Shown piece by piece: positions 60,537 to 64,000 of a stretch of 64,000 nt of DNA. Source of the stretch: an uncultured Candidatus Competibacteraceae bacterium (lineage in GTDB: Bacteria; Bacteroidota; Bacteroidia; CAIKAF01); the NCBI GenBank assembly GCA_964599915.1, contig CAZRHR010000003.1, positions 1,478-65,477 on the forward strand, in the 5' to 3' direction. A model generated the notes under the pieces. It was not told the DNA's origin. It made no database searches and worked only from the letters and a program-made list of their open reading frames with translations. Position 1 is the first letter of the stretch. The number at the start of each line of letters is the position of its first letter. Position numbers and translations under genes: made by a program.

Positions 60537-60565
60537 GGGGTAAAAATCTTAATTTTGAGCTTCAC

Positions 60566-61192
60566 ATGCTGCATTTTACTCCTGAATATTTCCAAAATCA
60601 GCTGGCCACCCCCAACCCAGCCAGGGTTCAGGTGAGGCAGGAAATGATGTACACGGGCCGGAATGGCATGATACAGAAGGAGCCAGAAACATGGAAAGAA
60701 AGCGCGGTGCTTATGATTTTGTGGGAAAAGAATGCAGAATGGCATACATTATTGATGCAAAGAAACCTTTATGAGGGTGCGCATTCGGGCCAAATTTCTT
60801 TTCCGGGCGGTCGCAAAGAAAAAGAAGATTTCACCCTATGGGACACCGCCCTCCGCGAAACCACGGAAGAAACCGGAATTTCCGCCTCATCCTTGACTTT
60901 CCTCGGTGCCTTATCGCCCCTTCATATTCCCGTAAGTGGTTTTTATGTGCATCCCTTTGTGGCTTTTCATCAAGGTCCACCTTCCCTGAACCCCGATCCA
61001 CGAGAAGTACATCATGTTTTAGAAGTCCCCTTGACCTCACTTTGGCATCCCTCTGTAAAAACAAAGCAAAATTTAAAAGTCAGGACATTAGAGTTAACCG
61101 ACGTTCCCGGATATGGCTGGAAGGATTATTTCATTTGGGGGGCCACAGCCATTATGCTGAGGGAAGCGGAATTTTTGTTTGTTCAACGCTGA
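60566..61192 (+). CDS. NUDIX hydrolase, CoA pyrophosphatase-like
   Basis: NUDIX box GQISFPGGRKEKEDFTLWDTALRETTEETGI. Confidence 0.7.
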   Translation: MLHFTPEYFQNQLATPNPARVQVRQEMMYTGRNGMIQKEPETWKESAVLMILWEKNAEWHTLLMQRNLYEGAHSGQISFPGGRKEKEDFTLWDTALRETTEETGISASSLTFLGALSPLHIPVSGFYVHPFVAFHQGPPSLNPDPREVHHVLEVPLTSLWHPSVKTKQNLKVRTLELTDVPGYGWKDYFIWGATAIMLREAEFLFVQR

Positions 61193-61383
61193 AGCGCAAG
61201 GTTTTTCACCCACATGAGCAGGGCTATGGCCACCACGACCAATACAATGACCAGAAGACTTCCTTTATAATGGGTTGTATGCATTTTTCGGTCCCGGATG
61301 TAGCTCCAGAACATGGCGATTAAAAAAACAGCAGCAAACGCGAGTGCAAAATAAAGGTGTCCTTTCCCAAATGGCATGTGCAA
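61183..61383 (-). CDS. Small hypothetical membrane protein (2 TM)
   Basis: 66 aa with two hydrophobic helices. Weak support. Confidence 0.3.
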   Translation of the reverse strand: MHMPFGKGHLYFALAFAAVFLIAMFWSYIRDRKMHTTHYKGSLLVIVLVVVAIALLMWVKNLALQR

Positions 61384-61496
61384 AAATACCGATAAGTTCT
61401 GTAAAATGTTGGCTAATCACCTAGGAAATGGATGAAACGATGTTTCTGATGTTAGATTATTTCTTTAGTTTTGACACATCCAAATAAAGGAATAAC

Positions 61497-62273
61497 ATGA
61501 AAGACTTTTGGGTTTCATTGAATAAAGGGTTGATTCCCGGCGTATTTGCCCTAGCGAGTTTGTTTCTCATCATTGCAGGCATTTCGGGTGTAGGTATTCA
61601 GTCCATTAAATTTTTACTTGGTAGTGGCTTTACCTTCATTTTTTCTGTAGTTTGGTTATTGCTCGTTTTCAATTTAATACGTTCAAAGAAAGCCACCTAT
61701 ATTGCAGCAGGAATTACTTTGGTTAGTGCCGTGCTTGTATTCAGTATTTACCGCAGTATTGCAGAAAGGTTTGAGTTTATTGCCCAAGAGACCAAAGTAG
61801 TCAATACGGTAGTCCAGCGGATGAAAAAGATTCGCGAAGCTCAGGTGCTTTTCAGAGAAGTGAAGGGAGTCTACGCAGCTGATTTTTCTTCCCTCATTGC
61901 ATTTATCCAAGAAGGTGAATATCCCATCATCCGCAAAACCGGAAATGCCGACGACTCAGTGGCCGTAGCGCGTGGATTGGTTAAAATTGACACCACTTGG
62001 GTGGCTGTTTTGGGTAACAAATTTATGGTAGATTTCCCACTAGATTCTTTACCTTTTGTGCCTTATGCCGCATCTGGAACCCAATTTAATATGGCCGCCG
62101 ACCAATTGGATGTAGACGGAACTTTACTTCCTGTTTTCGAAGCTACAGCGCCGTATGCCGCCTTCTTAGGAAAACTCTACAAAGAAAACGGTTATGTTGC
62201 TCCGCCTGAGGATTCCCTTATTCGTGTAGGCTCCTTGACCGAGCCCACGACCAACGGAAACTGGAAAGAATAA
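61497..62273 (+). CDS. Hypothetical membrane protein
   Basis: Three N-terminal TM helices and a soluble C-terminal domain. Confidence 0.5.
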   Translation: MKDFWVSLNKGLIPGVFALASLFLIIAGISGVGIQSIKFLLGSGFTFIFSVVWLLLVFNLIRSKKATYIAAGITLVSAVLVFSIYRSIAERFEFIAQETKVVNTVVQRMKKIREAQVLFREVKGVYAADFSSLIAFIQEGEYPIIRKTGNADDSVAVARGLVKIDTTWVAVLGNKFMVDFPLDSLPFVPYAASGTQFNMAADQLDVDGTLLPVFEATAPYAAFLGKLYKENGYVAPPEDSLIRVGSLTEPTTNGNWKE

Positions 62274-62286
62274 TCCTTCCGACCGA

Positions 62287-62835
62287 GTGACCAGAATTAT
62301 TGCCGGTTTTCTCAAGGGCCGTCAAATACATATTCCTAGCAACTTACCGGTTAGGCCGACAACGGACAGGGCCCGTGAGGCATTGTTCAGTAGCCTTGAA
62401 GCCATGATGGATCTTTCGGGAAAAAGGGTACTTGACCTTTGTGCCGGAACTGGAACCCTTGGATTTGAAGCCTTATCCCGAGATGCAGGGCATGTCGTTT
62501 TTGTAGACCAGCACCCTTCGGTGGTCAAACATTTACATTTACACGCCCAACAATGGAAGGTAGAAAACCGCGTGACCATGGTCAGAAAAGCGGCCATTCC
62601 TTTTGCAACCTACTTCCAAGATCAACCTTTCGACCTTATTTTGGCAGATCCACCTTACGATATAGAAGGATTAGACCTGTGGCCGGATGCATTCCTTTCC
62701 AACCACCTTTTGGCTCCTGAAGGCATACTGGTGATTGAACACGCCAAAAAATGGAGCGATATATTTGAAAATCAACCTTATTGTTTCAAACAAAAGGCGT
62801 TTGGCACCGTACATTTTTCATATTTCCAGAGGTGA
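62287..62835 (+). CDS. rsmD: 16S rRNA (guanine966-N2)-methyltransferase
   Basis: RIIAGFLKGRQIHIP...LDLCAGTGTLGFEALSR...ILADPPYD. Confidence 0.85.
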   Translation: MTRIIAGFLKGRQIHIPSNLPVRPTTDRAREALFSSLEAMMDLSGKRVLDLCAGTGTLGFEALSRDAGHVVFVDQHPSVVKHLHLHAQQWKVENRVTMVRKAAIPFATYFQDQPFDLILADPPYDIEGLDLWPDAFLSNHLLAPEGILVIEHAKKWSDIFENQPYCFKQKAFGTVHFSYFQR

Positions 62836-62873
62836 AATTCAAGGTCCGGAGGAAAAAGTCTTACCTTTAAACC

Positions 62874-63338
62874 ATGAGAATCGCGGTATATCCAGGAACA
62901 TTTGACCCGGTGACCAAAGGCCATGAAGCCTTGGTGATTAGGGCCATTCCACTTTTTGACCAAATTATCGTTGCGATTGGGCACAACGCCAAAAAGCAAA
63001 CAGCTTTTTCACTTGAGCAAAGAATCGATTGGCTCAAGGAAGTCTTCGCCCCCTACCCTACCATTCAAGTTGCTTATTTTTCAGGTCTTACCATTCAATT
63101 TTGCGAGGAAAAGCAAGCCAAATTTATTTTAAGAGGACTACGTTCCAGTACAGATTTTGAATATGAAAGGAATATTTCCCAAGCCAATGCGGCACTTAAC
63201 AAGGACATTGAAACCATTTTTATGGTCAGTGACCCCGGATTATCGGCCATAAATTCCTCCATTGTACGAGATATTTATCGTCATGGAGGCGACACCCGTC
63301 CATTCCTTCCTCAGGCTGTTTCTCTTCCAAGGCTGTAA
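62874..63338 (+). CDS. coaD: Phosphopantetheine adenylyltransferase
   Basis: MRIAVYPGTFDPVTKGHEALVIRA...; 154 aa. Confidence 0.9.
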   Translation: MRIAVYPGTFDPVTKGHEALVIRAIPLFDQIIVAIGHNAKKQTAFSLEQRIDWLKEVFAPYPTIQVAYFSGLTIQFCEEKQAKFILRGLRSSTDFEYERNISQANAALNKDIETIFMVSDPGLSAINSSIVRDIYRHGGDTRPFLPQAVSLPRL

Positions 63339-63367
63339 AATTTATTGACTTTTTCCACGTTTTCACC

Positions 63368-64000
63368 ATGATGAAACTAAGATTTGCCCTTATTGCCTAT
63401 GTTTTTTGGATGACAGGAACCCTGATGGCGCAACCTGTGATCATACGTGGAGAAGCTCCTGTGTTCAAACAACAGCTTATCGAATTTCTTGCGATAACCG
63501 ATTGGGTCACCCTAAAAACCTATCATATCGGAGAAACCAGGATTTCAGAAGAAGGAACCTTTGCCTGTACACTTCAGGTTTCCCCGGATACCCTTCCTGC
63601 CCTTTATTTTTCTTTGGCAGGCGCCACCACACAGTTTCAGCTGACGCCGGGAAGAACCTACACTTTGAAAATTCCCGCCACCGATCCTTCACAAGTGGGA
63701 TTAACAGCAGAAAATGACACGTTAGACCGTTGGTTTCACCTGGCGAAATACGAATCCTTTTACAATGATTATGTATTGGCGAATGAAAAAGCTTTACGAA
63801 CAGCTGATTTTAAAAAAGTCATCCAGCGATTTGTGACGGAAAGTGAGCAACGATTTGGGAAACATCCGGATGCCTATGTCCAAGCCACTGCAGCGTATAG
63901 AAGCGCCGCCACCCTTTTAGCCCTGGAAGTGGTTCCACGTGCACAACTCATCAAAACCTATGTACAGGGAAAGCCTGTGCTTTATGATCATCCGGATTAT
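63368..64000 (+). CDS. Secreted hypothetical protein, 3'-truncated by the window edge
   Basis: The frame from ATG 63368 stays open to the window end. It starts with a signal peptide (MMKLRFALIAYVFWMTGTLMAQ). It is missing from the ORF track because it lacks a stop, and is preferred over the listed 63406-63717 frame. Confidence 0.45.
   Translation, partial: MMKLRFALIAYVFWMTGTLMAQPVIIRGEAPVFKQQLIEFLAITDWVTLKTYHIGETRISEEGTFACTLQVSPDTLPALYFSLAGATTQFQLTPGRTYTLKIPATDPSQVGLTAENDTLDRWFHLAKYESFYNDYVLANEKALRTADFKKVIQRFVTESEQRFGKHPDAYVQATAAYRSAATLLALEVVPRAQLIKTYVQGKPVLYDHPDY

Noticed and set aside
63406-63717. 103-aa ORF listed at the window end
   Set aside because: The alternative open frame starting at 63368 has a signal peptide and remains open to the window edge. 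The listed frame is Arg-rich with no features.

Overview
This 64 kb window looks like a Bacteroidota chromosome (about 49% GC). It carries several type IX secretion (T9SS) cargo proteins with type A and type B C-terminal sorting domains, has no Shine-Dalgarno-like spacing, and shows TAnnTTTG promoter motifs. Most of it is densely packed core genes: aroQ, xerD, parE-like, bcp, nth, tsaC, fsa, rsmA, mgtE, ubiE, trkH, an aminotransferase, cytochrome c peroxidase, folD, ffh, pepC-like, clpC, gyrA, rsmD and coaD. Features the ORF track cannot show are: a cobalamin riboswitch driving a btuB/btuG-like B12 uptake pair; a bacterial RNase P RNA under five spurious ORFs on the minus strand; tRNA-Leu(GAG) and tRNA-His(GTG, encoded G-1 and CCA); and several rho-independent terminators. 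Accessory content: an IS200/IS605-type tnpA element with matching subterminal hairpins and a 20-nt tandem repeat array built from one hairpin arm; a roughly 200 nt GC-rich structured element between btuG and a terminator that may be an undescribed ncRNA; an HD-domain/membrane/class III nucleotidyl cyclase fusion; and a glycine-rich secreted protein. I found no CRISPR array, prophage or obvious defence island. The putative novel-RNA and IS observations have the highest interest scores.
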